Shown piece after piece: positions 1 to 9,376 of a stretch of 64,000 nucleotides of DNA. A program made the translations under genes and the position numbers. Under the pieces are notes generated by a model. That model made no database searches and was not told the DNA's origin. It saw only the letters and a list, made by a program, of their open reading frames with translations. Within the stretch, counting starts at the first letter, position 1. Each line of letters opens with the position of its first letter. The DNA comes from Candidatus Xenobia bacterium (GTDB lineage: Bacteria; Vulcanimicrobiota; Xenobia; Xenobiales; QWHO01), in the NCBI GenBank assembly GCA_045863235.1, contig BTUM01000002.1, forward strand, positions 160,001 through 224,000. The letters are read 5' to 3'.

Positions 1-66
<66 letters not shown>

Positions 67-85
67 CCAGGGGTCGGGGTCGAGG

Positions 86-562
86 TCACTCTTTGAGGGC
101 GTAACGCATGGCCTTCTCGACCTCCCGTTGTGCGTCCCTGGCAGCCTCGCTCTCGCGCTTGTCGTATAGCTTCTTGCCCTTGCCAAGGGCCAGCTCCACC
201 TTCACCTTGCCGTTCAGGAAGTAAAGGCGCAGGGGAATCAGGGTCAGACCCTTCTCCTGGGTCTTGCCGATGAGCCGCCGAATCTCCATGCGATGCAAGA
301 GCAGCTTGCGGGGCCGCAAAGGGTCGTGGTTGAAGCGATTGCCTTTGTCGAAGGGGCTGATGTGCAGGTTGTAGAGCCACACCTCGTTTTGCTGCACCAC
401 CGCATAGGCGTCGGTCAGGTTGGCTTTGCCCTGGCGCAGCGACTTCACCTCGGTCCCCACCAGGACCAGACCGCACTCGATCGTCTCGAGAATGTGATAC
501 TCATGACGAGCCTTGCGGTTGAGCGCGATGTTGCGCTCGCGCGGGGCGGGCTTATCGGTCAA
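86..562 (-). CDS. smpB: SsrA-binding protein
   Basis: [27 protein letters not shown] and [11 protein letters not shown] motifs; TTG start at 562 inferred from the usual ~155 aa length. Confidence 0.97.
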   Translation of the reverse strand: MTDKPAPRERNIALNRKARHEYHILETIECGLVLVGTEVKSLRQGKANLTDAYAVVQQNEVWLYNLHISPFDKGNRFNHDPLRPRKLLLHRMEIRRLIGKTQEKGLTLIPLRLYFLNGKVKVELALGKGKKLYDKRESEAARDAQREVEKAMRYALKE

Positions 563-2060
563 GGGCGTAGAGCTCGCCAAACTTGGTCTCCAGGTAGCGC
601 AGGAACGGCCCGCACTGGATTCCCTCACCGGTCACCTTCTGCACGAGCTCCTTGGGCAGATACTTCTTGGCTCGCGAGTGCACGTGCTCGATCAGCCAGC
701 CCAGCACGGGCTTGAACTGTCCGTTCTCCATCAGCTCGTCCACGTTGGGCAGGTCTTCCAGCATGCGCTCCCACAACTGAGAGGCCACCACGTTGCCGAT
801 CGAGTAGGTGGGGAAATAGCCCAGGATACCGTGGGCCCAATGGATGTCTTGCAGGCAGCCCGCCCCGTCGTTGGGCACGCTCACCCCCAGATACTCCGAA
901 TAGCGGTCGTTCCAGGCATCGGGCACGTCCTTGATGGCCAGTTTGCCCTCCATGATCTGAAGCTCGAGCTCGAAGCGAATCATAATGTGCAGGTTGTAGG
1001 TCACTTCGTCGGCTTCCACGCGAATGAGCGATGGCTCCACGCGGTTGATGGCCCGATAGAACTGATCCACGGTATAACCGTGGAGCTGCTCGGGGAAGAA
1101 GCCCGCCAGCTTCGGGAAATAGCGCTTCCAGAAGGGCCGGCTACGGCCCACCAGATTCTCCCACCAGCGCGACTGGCTCTCGTGGATGCCCAGCGAGGCC
1201 CCGCCCCGCAGGGGGGTGTGGTTGAACTGGGGCGGAGAGCCCTGCTCATAGAGAGCGTGACCGGCCTCGTGCAGAGTGCCGAACAGCGAGGGCGCCAGGA
1301 AGCGCTCGAAGTAGCGCACCGTGATGCGCACGTCGTGGGCCGAGAAGGAAGTGCAGAAGGGGTGAGCCGAGATGTCCTGGCGACCCCGGTTGAAGTCGTA
1401 CCCGATCTCCTCGGCCATGAACTTGGCGAACGCAATCTGCCGCTCGACGTCGAACCTCTGGTGCAGCGCCGAGGAGTCAAGGTTGACCCCCGACTCACGG
1501 ATCCGCCTGACCAGCGCCACCAGCCGGGGCCGCATCTCGTCGAACATGGCTCGCACCTCGGCCGCCGTGGTGCCCGGCTCCCACTCGTCGAGCAGGGCGT
1601 CGTAGGGATGCTCTTGATAGCCGCGAGCCTCGGCGATCTGGCGAGCCAGCCCCCAGATCTTCTCCAGGTGGGGCGCGAACAGCGGGAAGTCGGAGGAGCG
1701 CTTGGCCTCCACCCAGTTCTCGTGAGCCAGGCTGCAGGTACGGCTGAACTCCTCCACCAGGCTGCCGGGGACGTTGGCCCCCCGGTTGTAGTGGCGGCGG
1801 GCCACCCGGATCAGGCAGGCCTCGTCGGAGTCTTCGGCGGCGCCATTGAGCTCGCTGGCTGCCTCGTCGAGCAACCGGGCCGTCTCGTCCGCAGTCAGGA
1901 TCTCGTGGGCCAGGCGGTCGATGGTGGCCATCTGCTGAGCCCTTGGACCACTGCCCTGTGGAGGCATGTAGGTCTGCTGATCCCAGCTCAACAGGCTGGA
2001 GGTGCTGCGCAGGTCCCAAACAGTGGAGAGACGTTTCTTCAACTCGGCTAGCTTGCTCAT
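552..2060 (-). CDS. M32 family carboxypeptidase (Taq-like)
   Basis: [28 protein letters not shown] and GYFPTY motifs; 502 aa. Confidence 0.95.
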   Translation of the reverse strand: MSKLAELKKRLSTVWDLRSTSSLLSWDQQTYMPPQGSGPRAQQMATIDRLAHEILTADETARLLDEAASELNGAAEDSDEACLIRVARRHYNRGANVPGSLVEEFSRTCSLAHENWVEAKRSSDFPLFAPHLEKIWGLARQIAEARGYQEHPYDALLDEWEPGTTAAEVRAMFDEMRPRLVALVRRIRESGVNLDSSALHQRFDVERQIAFAKFMAEEIGYDFNRGRQDISAHPFCTSFSAHDVRITVRYFERFLAPSLFGTLHEAGHALYEQGSPPQFNHTPLRGGASLGIHESQSRWWENLVGRSRPFWKRYFPKLAGFFPEQLHGYTVDQFYRAINRVEPSLIRVEADEVTYNLHIMIRFELELQIMEGKLAIKDVPDAWNDRYSEYLGVSVPNDGAGCLQDIHWAHGILGYFPTYSIGNVVASQLWERMLEDLPNVDELMENGQFKPVLGWLIEHVHSRAKKYLPKELVQKVTGEGIQCGPFLRYLETKFGELYALDR

Positions 2061-2102
2061 GGGCAGGGGCTTTTCTACGAGCGAGCGCGCGTCCCTGCGC
2101 GA

Positions 2103-2130
2103 TTTGCACGCGATTTACAGCAAATTTACC
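2103..2130. promoter_or_regulatory. Three 11-bp-phased TTT(A/G)C(A/C) direct repeats; possible OmpR/PhoB-family binding site
   Basis: TTTGCA (2103), TTTACA (2114) and TTTACC (2125) in the divergent intergenic region. Confidence 0.4.
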
Positions 2131-2173
2131 GAGCAGCAGGCTTCGCCCCCGGATCAGAGAAACCGCCCCGGCT

Positions 2174-3331
2174 ATGATCATCGAGATGGAAAAGGGCCAC
2201 CCGACCACGGTCGAGGCCATTCGCAAAGTTGCCGCTCGGCACGGCAACACCCTGGAAGTCATCGAAGGCAGCGAGGTTTACGACACGCTGCACGTCATCG
2301 GAGACGTGCGCTCGCTGGCCGCCCAGGCAGATTACCTGGCCAACCTGGCCGGTGTCGAGCGAGTCTGGCGCATCAGCTCGAGCTACAAGAACATCGCCCG
2401 GGTGGTGGGCGACGGCAAGCGCCAGGCCGTGCACCGCCAGCGGCGGGTGGTGGAGGTGAGCGGGCCCGACGGCTTGGTGCGCCGCATCGGCGGGGGCAAG
2501 CACGTCTTTCTAGCCGGTCCCGACTCGGTACAGACCGAGGAGCAGACCCTGACCCAGGCTCGCATGCTGGCGGACATGGCCGATCGGCTCAAGATCCGCG
2601 ATCGACTGATCTTCCGGGCCGGGGCCTTCAAGCCGCGCACCCGTCCCACCGATTTTCGAGGGCTGGGACTGGAGGGCATCGCCATCCTGGACCGGGTCCG
2701 CCAGGAAACGGGCATCCCCTACATCACCGAGGTGATGGACCACACCCTGGTGGAGCAACTTGCCGGCCATGTGGACATGTTCCAGATCGGCACCCGCAAC
2801 GCTCAGGACTTTGCCCTGCTCGAGAAAGTGGGCAACTCGGGCAAGCCGGTCATGCTCAAGCGCGGCTTCGGCAACGATGCCGAGGAGTGGTTCAACGCCG
2901 CCGAGTACATCGCCAACCAGGGAAACCTGGATATCGTGCTGTGCGAGCGGGGGGTGAAGACCATGTTTGCCAAGAACGGCTATAATCGCTTCACGCCCGA
3001 CTTCAACGTGTTGCGCCACGCCAAAGAGAAGACCATCTTGCCGGTGGCCTTCGACCCCAGTCACGCTGCCGGCGACGACCGCCTGGTGGCCGAGAACCTG
3101 CTGGCCAGCCTGGCCTTCCTGCCCGACGCCAGCATCACCGAGGTGCTCCACGCCGAATCATTCCGCGTCGAGCAGATGTGCGACGCCCGCCAGGCCCTGC
3201 TGATCGAGCTTTACGAAAAGGCCGTGGAGGCCGTGCTGGCCTTCGAAGCCGGGGTAGCGCCCCTGCTCCAGCAGGTGGAGGACCACTTCGAGTTGCGCCG
3301 GGGGGCCACCCAGGAGGCGGGGGCGCGATGA
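2174..3331 (+). CDS. DAHP synthase type I-beta-like protein with N-terminal ACT-like domain (divergent)
   Basis: GAFKPRT, QIGTRN, KPVMLKRG, CERG and DPSHAAG motifs; ATG at 2174 chosen from the MIIEM N-terminus. Confidence 0.8.
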   Translation: MIIEMEKGHPTTVEAIRKVAARHGNTLEVIEGSEVYDTLHVIGDVRSLAAQADYLANLAGVERVWRISSSYKNIARVVGDGKRQAVHRQRRVVEVSGPDGLVRRIGGGKHVFLAGPDSVQTEEQTLTQARMLADMADRLKIRDRLIFRAGAFKPRTRPTDFRGLGLEGIAILDRVRQETGIPYITEVMDHTLVEQLAGHVDMFQIGTRNAQDFALLEKVGNSGKPVMLKRGFGNDAEEWFNAAEYIANQGNLDIVLCERGVKTMFAKNGYNRFTPDFNVLRHAKEKTILPVAFDPSHAAGDDRLVAENLLASLAFLPDASITEVLHAESFRVEQMCDARQALLIELYEKAVEAVLAFEAGVAPLLQQVEDHFELRRGATQEAGAR

Positions 3332-4155
3332 TGCTGCTGCTCCTGCTGATCGTGCTGGCCGCCCCCGGTTTGGCCCAGAGCCTCTCGGTCATGGGCAATC
3401 CCCGCCAGGGAGATCCGCTCTTCGTCTCGGTTCAGGGGGTGCCGTCGGGCACCACGGGCACCCTGCGCTGGGCCAACTTGCGCTTCGAGCTTTCTCCCGG
3501 CGACGAGCAGGGAGTGATGCGCACGGTGGCTCCCGTTCCCGTCGATCTGGCCCCGGGCTCGCATCTGATGGTGGCCGAGCTCTCCGATCAGACCCGTCTC
3601 GAGCGCAAGGTGCCGATCAAGAAGCGCCCCTTTCCGTCCCAGGAGATCTGGCTCAGCGAGGCGACCCTGGCCTCCTACTCCACTCCCCAGAACAAGGCCG
3701 ATGACGAGGCCATCCTGGAGGCTCTCAAGCCCTTCGAGCCCCAACGCCTCTGGTCGGGAAGCTTCCTGTTGCCCTGCCAGGCCCCCCAGACCACCGGCTT
3801 TGGCGCCAAACGCCTCTACAACGGCTGGAAGCGCAGCTACCACAAAGGCCTCGACCTGGCCGGCTGGGAGGGCCAGGAGGTGCTGGCTCCGGCCGATGGA
3901 GTGGTGCTGCACACCGCCCAGGGCATCGTCAACGGCAACACCGTGGTGCTGGGCCATGGACTGGGGCTGGGCACGAGCTATTTCCACCTCTCCAGCATCG
4001 AGGTGGAGGAAGGCCAGACCGTCAAGCGAGGCCAGGTGATCGGCCGGGTGGGCGGCACAGGCGGCTTTGCCCCCCACCTGCACTGGGAGCTGCGGGCTCA
4101 CGGAGTGCCGGTCGAGCCCCATGGCGTGCTGGAGCTGCCCGCCTCCTGGCGCTGA
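3328..4155 (+). CDS. M23 family metalloendopeptidase, secreted
   Basis: Signal peptide; HKGLDL and HLH motifs; ATGA overlap with the upstream gene. Confidence 0.9.
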   Translation: MMLLLLLIVLAAPGLAQSLSVMGNPRQGDPLFVSVQGVPSGTTGTLRWANLRFELSPGDEQGVMRTVAPVPVDLAPGSHLMVAELSDQTRLERKVPIKKRPFPSQEIWLSEATLASYSTPQNKADDEAILEALKPFEPQRLWSGSFLLPCQAPQTTGFGAKRLYNGWKRSYHKGLDLAGWEGQEVLAPADGVVLHTAQGIVNGNTVVLGHGLGLGTSYFHLSSIEVEEGQTVKRGQVIGRVGGTGGFAPHLHWELRAHGVPVEPHGVLELPASWR

Positions 4156-4157
4156 GC

Positions 4158-5468
4158 CTACTGACCTCGCTGCTGCAGCTTCCGGGCGATAGCGTCGGCC
4201 AGGGCCTGGTTGCCGGTACGGGCTCCCCCACCGGCAGGCTTCGGGGTATCCGGGGCCCCAAATTTCGGCGTGGGTGCGGGCGCCCCCCCCGTGGAGCCAG
4301 CTTCACGGCCGGCAAACAGCCCGGCCAATCCCCCGGTGACGGTGGACTGGGAAGAGAAGGCCGAACGCACAGGGCCTGACAGGTCAGAGGAACTGACAGC
4401 CGCCTGCTTCTTTTTCTCCATGTCATCGACGACCCGGGCGGCAGCCTCGGCATCCACCTTGGGGAGCGGATTCCAGGGCAGCTTCTTGGGGTCGGGCGGA
4501 CCCGCGATCTGTTGGCGAACTTGCGTCACGACCTCGGGCCGGACAAAGAGCAACGGCGGCGGCATGTGGAGACTGCCGGGTGGAGGCGCGGGTGGTAACG
4601 GCGCGGGACCGCGCCCGGGAGGACCCACGGGCGGAGCGGCGGCCATCACCGGCGGCGGACCCACGGCAGGGCGGGCGCCAGTCGGGGGGGCAGCCGCCAT
4701 GACGGGTGGCGGACCCACGGGTGGAGCCGCCGACATGACCGGGGGCGCTCCTACCGGAGGCGGCCCTGGGGGACGCGGAGGCTGGCCGGGCGGTCCCGGA
4801 GCAGCGGGCATTCCGGCTGGAGGAGCCGGCCGAGGAGGCAGCCCGGGAGGGGCCGCCTGCATTCCCGGGGGACCGACCGGAGGCGGCGGCATTCCGGGTG
4901 GACCGGGGGGACGAGGGGGCATTCCTGGCGGGCCCATAGCCGCTGGTGGGGCTTGAGGTGCTCCGGAAGGCTGAGGCACTCCCGGAGGGCCCATGGCCGG
5001 TGGCGGGGCTTGAGGAGGCTGGGGAACTCCCGGAGGGCCCGCTGGACGAGCCTGAGGCGGAGCGCCCGGAGGCTGGGGCATTCCCGGAGCTCCCGGCATT
5101 CCGGGCGGCATCGGACGCGGCGGCATGGGAGGCAAGCCTGCCTGAGCCGGGGGCGCTGCCTGGGCCTGCGAGGCCGGTGGGGCGGGTGGGGCTGGTGGGG
5201 CCGGGACCGGGGCACCATGAGGAGGAGGAGGAGCAGAGGTCCCTCCACCGGCGAGCCGGGCCAGCCCGGCCTGAGCCTCGCCATTGCCCGGGTCGAGCTC
5301 GAGGGCGATCTTGTAGATCTCGGCCGCCTTGGCGTGGTTTCCTCGCCGATGGTACAGCTCGCCAGCGCCGACGTAATACTTGGCCGCCTTCGGACCCTGA
5401 CCCATGTCACGGTAGAGTTCGGCTACCTCGAGTCGGTGCTGTGCCTCTTCCTCGGTCGGGACGTCCAT
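4158..5468 (-). CDS. TPR-containing, very proline-rich protein
   Basis: N-terminal TPRs (AAEIYKIALELDPGN) followed by ~230 aa of Pro/Gly/Ala/Met low-complexity sequence. Confidence 0.75.
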   Translation of the reverse strand: MDVPTEEEAQHRLEVAELYRDMGQGPKAAKYYVGAGELYHRRGNHAKAAEIYKIALELDPGNGEAQAGLARLAGGGTSAPPPPHGAPVPAPPAPPAPPASQAQAAPPAQAGLPPMPPRPMPPGMPGAPGMPQPPGAPPQARPAGPPGVPQPPQAPPPAMGPPGVPQPSGAPQAPPAAMGPPGMPPRPPGPPGMPPPPVGPPGMQAAPPGLPPRPAPPAGMPAAPGPPGQPPRPPGPPPVGAPPVMSAAPPVGPPPVMAAAPPTGARPAVGPPPVMAAAPPVGPPGRGPAPLPPAPPPGSLHMPPPLLFVRPEVVTQVRQQIAGPPDPKKLPWNPLPKVDAEAAARVVDDMEKKKQAAVSSSDLSGPVRSAFSSQSTVTGGLAGLFAGREAGSTGGAPAPTPKFGAPDTPKPAGGGARTGNQALADAIARKLQQRGQ

Positions 5469-5584
5469 CTGCCGGCCTTTCTGCGGTGTTGTGCGGCTGA
5501 TATTCGCGGATTCGCCATGATCTCCCTTCGCGGTAACAATCCGTTTACACGGCGCTCGACTGATGCAGCTATGCTGTGGTCGAA

Positions 5585-6892
5585 ATGATCTCCGGCTTGA
5601 GCCCTAGCGATCGACACAGCTGGCAGTTGCGCCGCCAGAGCCCGGCCGATCTATCTCCGGATGGTGGCTATGAGAGCCAGCCAACCGGTGACCGTGTCAT
5701 CTTGCGCGAGCGAGAGTCGGGCCGCACCCGGAGCCTGGCCGCGCCGTCCGAGCTGACCCTGGAGCGCACCAGCGTTGCCAACGGCGGGCAGACGGCCGCT
5801 TTCAGCGGCAAGGACTCCAAAGGCGCCATCCATCTCTTCAGGGTCGGTCTCGATGAGGCACCCCAGCTCGTCGAGAACCGCTTTGCACTCTACGGTATCG
5901 ACCTGTCCCCCGACGGTCGACAGCTTGCCTACATCTCGCTCGACCAGGTACAGGTGCACGACGGCCAGCAGAGCCGGACCCTGGCGAAGCTCCCCAGCCA
6001 GCTCGACGAAGTGCACTACCTTCAGGACGGGCGGATGCTGGTGCAGGGCCACACCACCTGCTGGTCCAACGGGCGCGTGGACACCTTCTGGGTGCTGAAC
6101 GAGCATGGACAGAGCCAGTTTCTCGACGATCCCAATCTTGCCGAGGAGCTCTCCCCGGGAACTCTCAGCGCTCTCGATGAGGGTTACCAGAACGCCTTCC
6201 CGATGGCCGACCCGGCCCAGCGTAAGGCCTTGATGGGACAATTCGGTTACCACACTCCGACCTACCGGATCCCCTCACCCACGAAGGACCGCATGGTCTT
6301 CTCGGTCAAATCCCGATTCGCGCCCATGGACCCTCGCCAGGGCATCTACCTGGTGCAACGCGGGCAGGGCCAGGCGGAGCGCATCCGCCAGGGGGAAGGA
6401 GTCGACCTGATCGCCGGAAGGGAGCTCTCCTCCGTGACCTGGAGCGCCGATGGGTCTGAAGCAGCCCTGGTCCTGGCTCGAGGCTCGGGGGATGCCTACG
6501 CCTGCGTGGTGGGAGCCGAGGCAGACAAAGCGGTGGTTCTCCCCTACCGCATGGATCAGGGCAAACCCGAATGGTCCGAGAGCGGCCGCTATCTCGCCGT
6601 GCAGGTGGTGGTGGACGATCTGACCAGCATCTTCTGCTTCGATACCGAGAAGCGAGCCTTCTTTCCCGTGGTGACGGGCTATCGTCTGGAAGGCTGGAAA
6701 CAGGACCGACTGCTGGTCCGTCGAGGCGAGGAAGCGCCGCTCGAGCTCGAGCCCAACACGATGGACCCCCGATTCGCGCCAGGCCAGCTGTTCGGAAGTC
6801 CCCTGCCCGAGCCGGGACTCGACCCGGGAGTGCGCGTCGAGCCTGACCACGTGGTTGTGGGTGGAGTGCGCGTGCCCCGCAAAACCTCTTAA
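5585..6892 (+). CDS. TolB/PD40-like beta-propeller protein
   Basis: LSPDGRQLAY, WSADGSEAAL and WSESGRYLAV repeats; start 5585 (ATG) or 5576 (GTG). Confidence 0.65.
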   Translation: MISGLSPSDRHSWQLRRQSPADLSPDGGYESQPTGDRVILRERESGRTRSLAAPSELTLERTSVANGGQTAAFSGKDSKGAIHLFRVGLDEAPQLVENRFALYGIDLSPDGRQLAYISLDQVQVHDGQQSRTLAKLPSQLDEVHYLQDGRMLVQGHTTCWSNGRVDTFWVLNEHGQSQFLDDPNLAEELSPGTLSALDEGYQNAFPMADPAQRKALMGQFGYHTPTYRIPSPTKDRMVFSVKSRFAPMDPRQGIYLVQRGQGQAERIRQGEGVDLIAGRELSSVTWSADGSEAALVLARGSGDAYACVVGAEADKAVVLPYRMDQGKPEWSESGRYLAVQVVVDDLTSIFCFDTEKRAFFPVVTGYRLEGWKQDRLLVRRGEEAPLELEPNTMDPRFAPGQLFGSPLPEPGLDPGVRVEPDHVVVGGVRVPRKTS

Positions 6893-6922
6893 GGCGGCGC
6901 GTCGAACGCTTCAGCGCCCCAC

Positions 6923-7336
6923 CTAAACCTCGAGCCCGGTTCCCTTCACGAACGTGCGAGCCTTCTGCTCCAGGCTCTGACGCTGGAAAGCCTCCCACTC
7001 GCGCTTCTCCTTGACCTTGGTCTCGAGCACGTCGCGGAATTCGCGGAAGGGCCGATGACTCGTCATGGCCCGCTTGAGGTTCTCCTTGAGCTTGGGATCG
7101 TGCACCTGGGCGATGAAGCGCTCCATATCGGCGTGATTTTCGCGCGGGCTCGACTTGGGCACCTGAATGTACTTGCCTTTGTCGGTGGCCAGGGCCTTTT
7201 TGATCTGCTCGAGTTGAGCCCGGTTCTCCAGGTCGATCTTGATGATCTTGCCGGTGGCTCGCTCGATGAGATACTGGTTAGCCGGCTCGTGGTCACCCAG
7301 GATCTGAATCAGCGCTTTGAGATCGACTTTTGCCAT
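6923..7336 (-). CDS. UPF0158 family protein
   Basis: 137 aa; YLIERATGKI, MERFI and RPFREFRDVL...EWEAF pattern. Confidence 0.75.
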   Translation of the reverse strand: MAKVDLKALIQILGDHEPANQYLIERATGKIIKIDLENRAQLEQIKKALATDKGKYIQVPKSSPRENHADMERFIAQVHDPKLKENLKRAMTSHRPFREFRDVLETKVKEKREWEAFQRQSLEQKARTFVKGTGLEV

Positions 7337-7344
7337 GCTTCACC

Positions 7345-9330
7345 TCACCATGGGAACAACATCAGAGCCACGGCTCGGGTCCAGTAGGCGATGGCCTGGT
7401 CGACCTTGCCGCGCTGATAGAACAGCGTGCCCAGATTGTGGTATACGTGCCAGAACTTGGGATTGAGCTGCACCACCTTGTCCCACTCCAGGATGCACAG
7501 CTCGATCTTCCCCTGCTCGAGATATGCCTCGCCCAGATTGTAGTAGGACTGCCAGTGATGCGGGTTGATCTGGGTCACCCGCTGCCACTCCATCACGGCC
7601 GCGTCCACCTGGCTGCGATGAAAGAAGTACGTGTTGGCCAGGTTCCAGTGGGCCGGCCAGTGCTCGTCTTTGAACTGGATGGTCTTTTGCCACTGGCTGA
7701 TGGCCTCGTCGAACATCGACTGGGCGTAGTAAGCGTTGCCCAGGTTGTTGTGAGCCTGCCAGAAGCCGTACTTGGCCCGCGTAGCCTTCTCCCACTCACG
7801 CACGGCCAGATCGACGTTGCCCTTCTCATAATGCATGTTGCCCATATTGTAGTGGGCCTGGGCGAACTCGGGGTTGACCTCGACCGACTTCTTCCAGCAC
7901 TCGATGGCTCCGTCGGTATCTCCCTGCTCCATCTTGAGAGAGCCCAGATTGTAGAGGGCCACCGCGAACTGGGGGTCCAGCTCGAGAGCCCGCGACCAGT
8001 GGTCCTTGGCCTCGTTCTTGAGGCCTTTCTTGTAATAAGCGTTGCCAAGGTTATAGAGCACCTCGGCGAACTGGGGGTTCAAAATGAGGGCTTTCTGCCA
8101 CTCCTCGATAGCTGAGTCGAGCTTGCCCTTCTTGTAGAAGCCGTTGCCCAGGTTGTAGTAAGCGGGGGCAAACTTGGGGTTGAGCACGGTGACCTTGCGG
8201 TACTCCTCGATGGAGTTGTCCAGCGCGCCCTGACGATAGAAAGCCGAGCCCAGGTTGTAATGGGCCACGAAATTGTTGGGGTTCAGGTCGACCGCCTTGC
8301 CATACTCGACGATGGCGTCGGGAAGCCGGCCCAGGCCGTCCAGGGCGGTACCCAGGTTGTTGTGAGTGAGGGCGTTGTAGGGGTCGAGGTTGGTGGCCTT
8401 CTGCCATTCCATGATGGCCAGGTCGAGCTTGCCCTGCTTGTAGTAGTTGTTGCCCAGAATGTTGTGCAGAGCCGCCTGCGAGGGGCTGATCTGGGTCTTG
8501 TAGAGGTCTTCTTGCACCTCCTCCACCTTGAGCCCCTCGATCAGGTCACCCACGTTTTGGAAGCGCTCGGAAGGATCCTTGCGCATGCACTTGAGGATGG
8601 CTTCCTCGATCTTCTCTGGGATGAGGCGATTGATGCCGATGGGTCGCGGGGGGTCGGCGGTGAGGTGGAGCTGGATCACGGCCGGCAGGTTGTCGGCCCG
8701 GAAAGGCACCTGGCCGGTCAACATCTCGAAGAGGAGCACCCCGAGCGAGTAGATGTCGGCCCGCCGATCCACCTTCTCGCCGCGAGCCTGCTCGGGCGAG
8801 AAGTAAAAGCAGGATCCGAGCACCTGACCGGGTTGGGTCAGGGTCTGGGACGCTCCCACCCAGGCGATGCCGAAGTCGGCCACCTTCACCTTGCGGTCCT
8901 CGGTGACCATGATGTTGCCCGGCTTGACGTCGCGGTGCACGATCCCGTGCTGGTGGGCGTAGTCGAGGGCCTGGGCCATGGGCACGAAAATCTCCAGGGC
9001 CTCCTGCACCCCCATGGGGCCGCGCCGCTCGCGCAAGATGACATCGAGGGAGGAGCCGTTGATGAACTCCATCACCAGGTAGTAAATCCCGTCCTGCTCG
9101 TTGATGTCATAGATGCCGATAATGTTGGGGTGGTTGAGACGAGCCGCAGCCTGAGCCTCGCGGATGAAGCGCTCCTTGGAATCCGGGTTCCCCACCAGTT
9201 GTTGAGAGAGGATCTTGATGGCCACATGCCGGTTCAAGAGGGGGTCATGACCCTTGTAGACCACGCCCATGCCGCCGCGTCCGAGCTCTTGCATGATGTG
9301 GTAGCGGCCAATGGTTGCGGAAACGCTCAT
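7345..9330 (-). CDS. Hanks-type Ser/Thr protein kinase with C-terminal TPR array
   Basis: GRGGMGVVY, VAIK, HRDVKPGN, DFG and SPEQ motifs; about 11 34-aa repeats (AxYNLG...A...W.KA). Confidence 0.95.
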   Translation of the reverse strand: MSVSATIGRYHIMQELGRGGMGVVYKGHDPLLNRHVAIKILSQQLVGNPDSKERFIREAQAAARLNHPNIIGIYDINEQDGIYYLVMEFINGSSLDVILRERRGPMGVQEALEIFVPMAQALDYAHQHGIVHRDVKPGNIMVTEDRKVKVADFGIAWVGASQTLTQPGQVLGSCFYFSPEQARGEKVDRRADIYSLGVLLFEMLTGQVPFRADNLPAVIQLHLTADPPRPIGINRLIPEKIEEAILKCMRKDPSERFQNVGDLIEGLKVEEVQEDLYKTQISPSQAALHNILGNNYYKQGKLDLAIMEWQKATNLDPYNALTHNNLGTALDGLGRLPDAIVEYGKAVDLNPNNFVAHYNLGSAFYRQGALDNSIEEYRKVTVLNPKFAPAYYNLGNGFYKKGKLDSAIEEWQKALILNPQFAEVLYNLGNAYYKKGLKNEAKDHWSRALELDPQFAVALYNLGSLKMEQGDTDGAIECWKKSVEVNPEFAQAHYNMGNMHYEKGNVDLAVREWEKATRAKYGFWQAHNNLGNAYYAQSMFDEAISQWQKTIQFKDEHWPAHWNLANTYFFHRSQVDAAVMEWQRVTQINPHHWQSYYNLGEAYLEQGKIELCILEWDKVVQLNPKFWHVYHNLGTLFYQRGKVDQAIAYWTRAVALMLFPW

Positions 9331-9376
9331 CGAGCGTGAAGCCTTCTACGGAAGCTCAGGCTCGCCCTGTCGGCGG

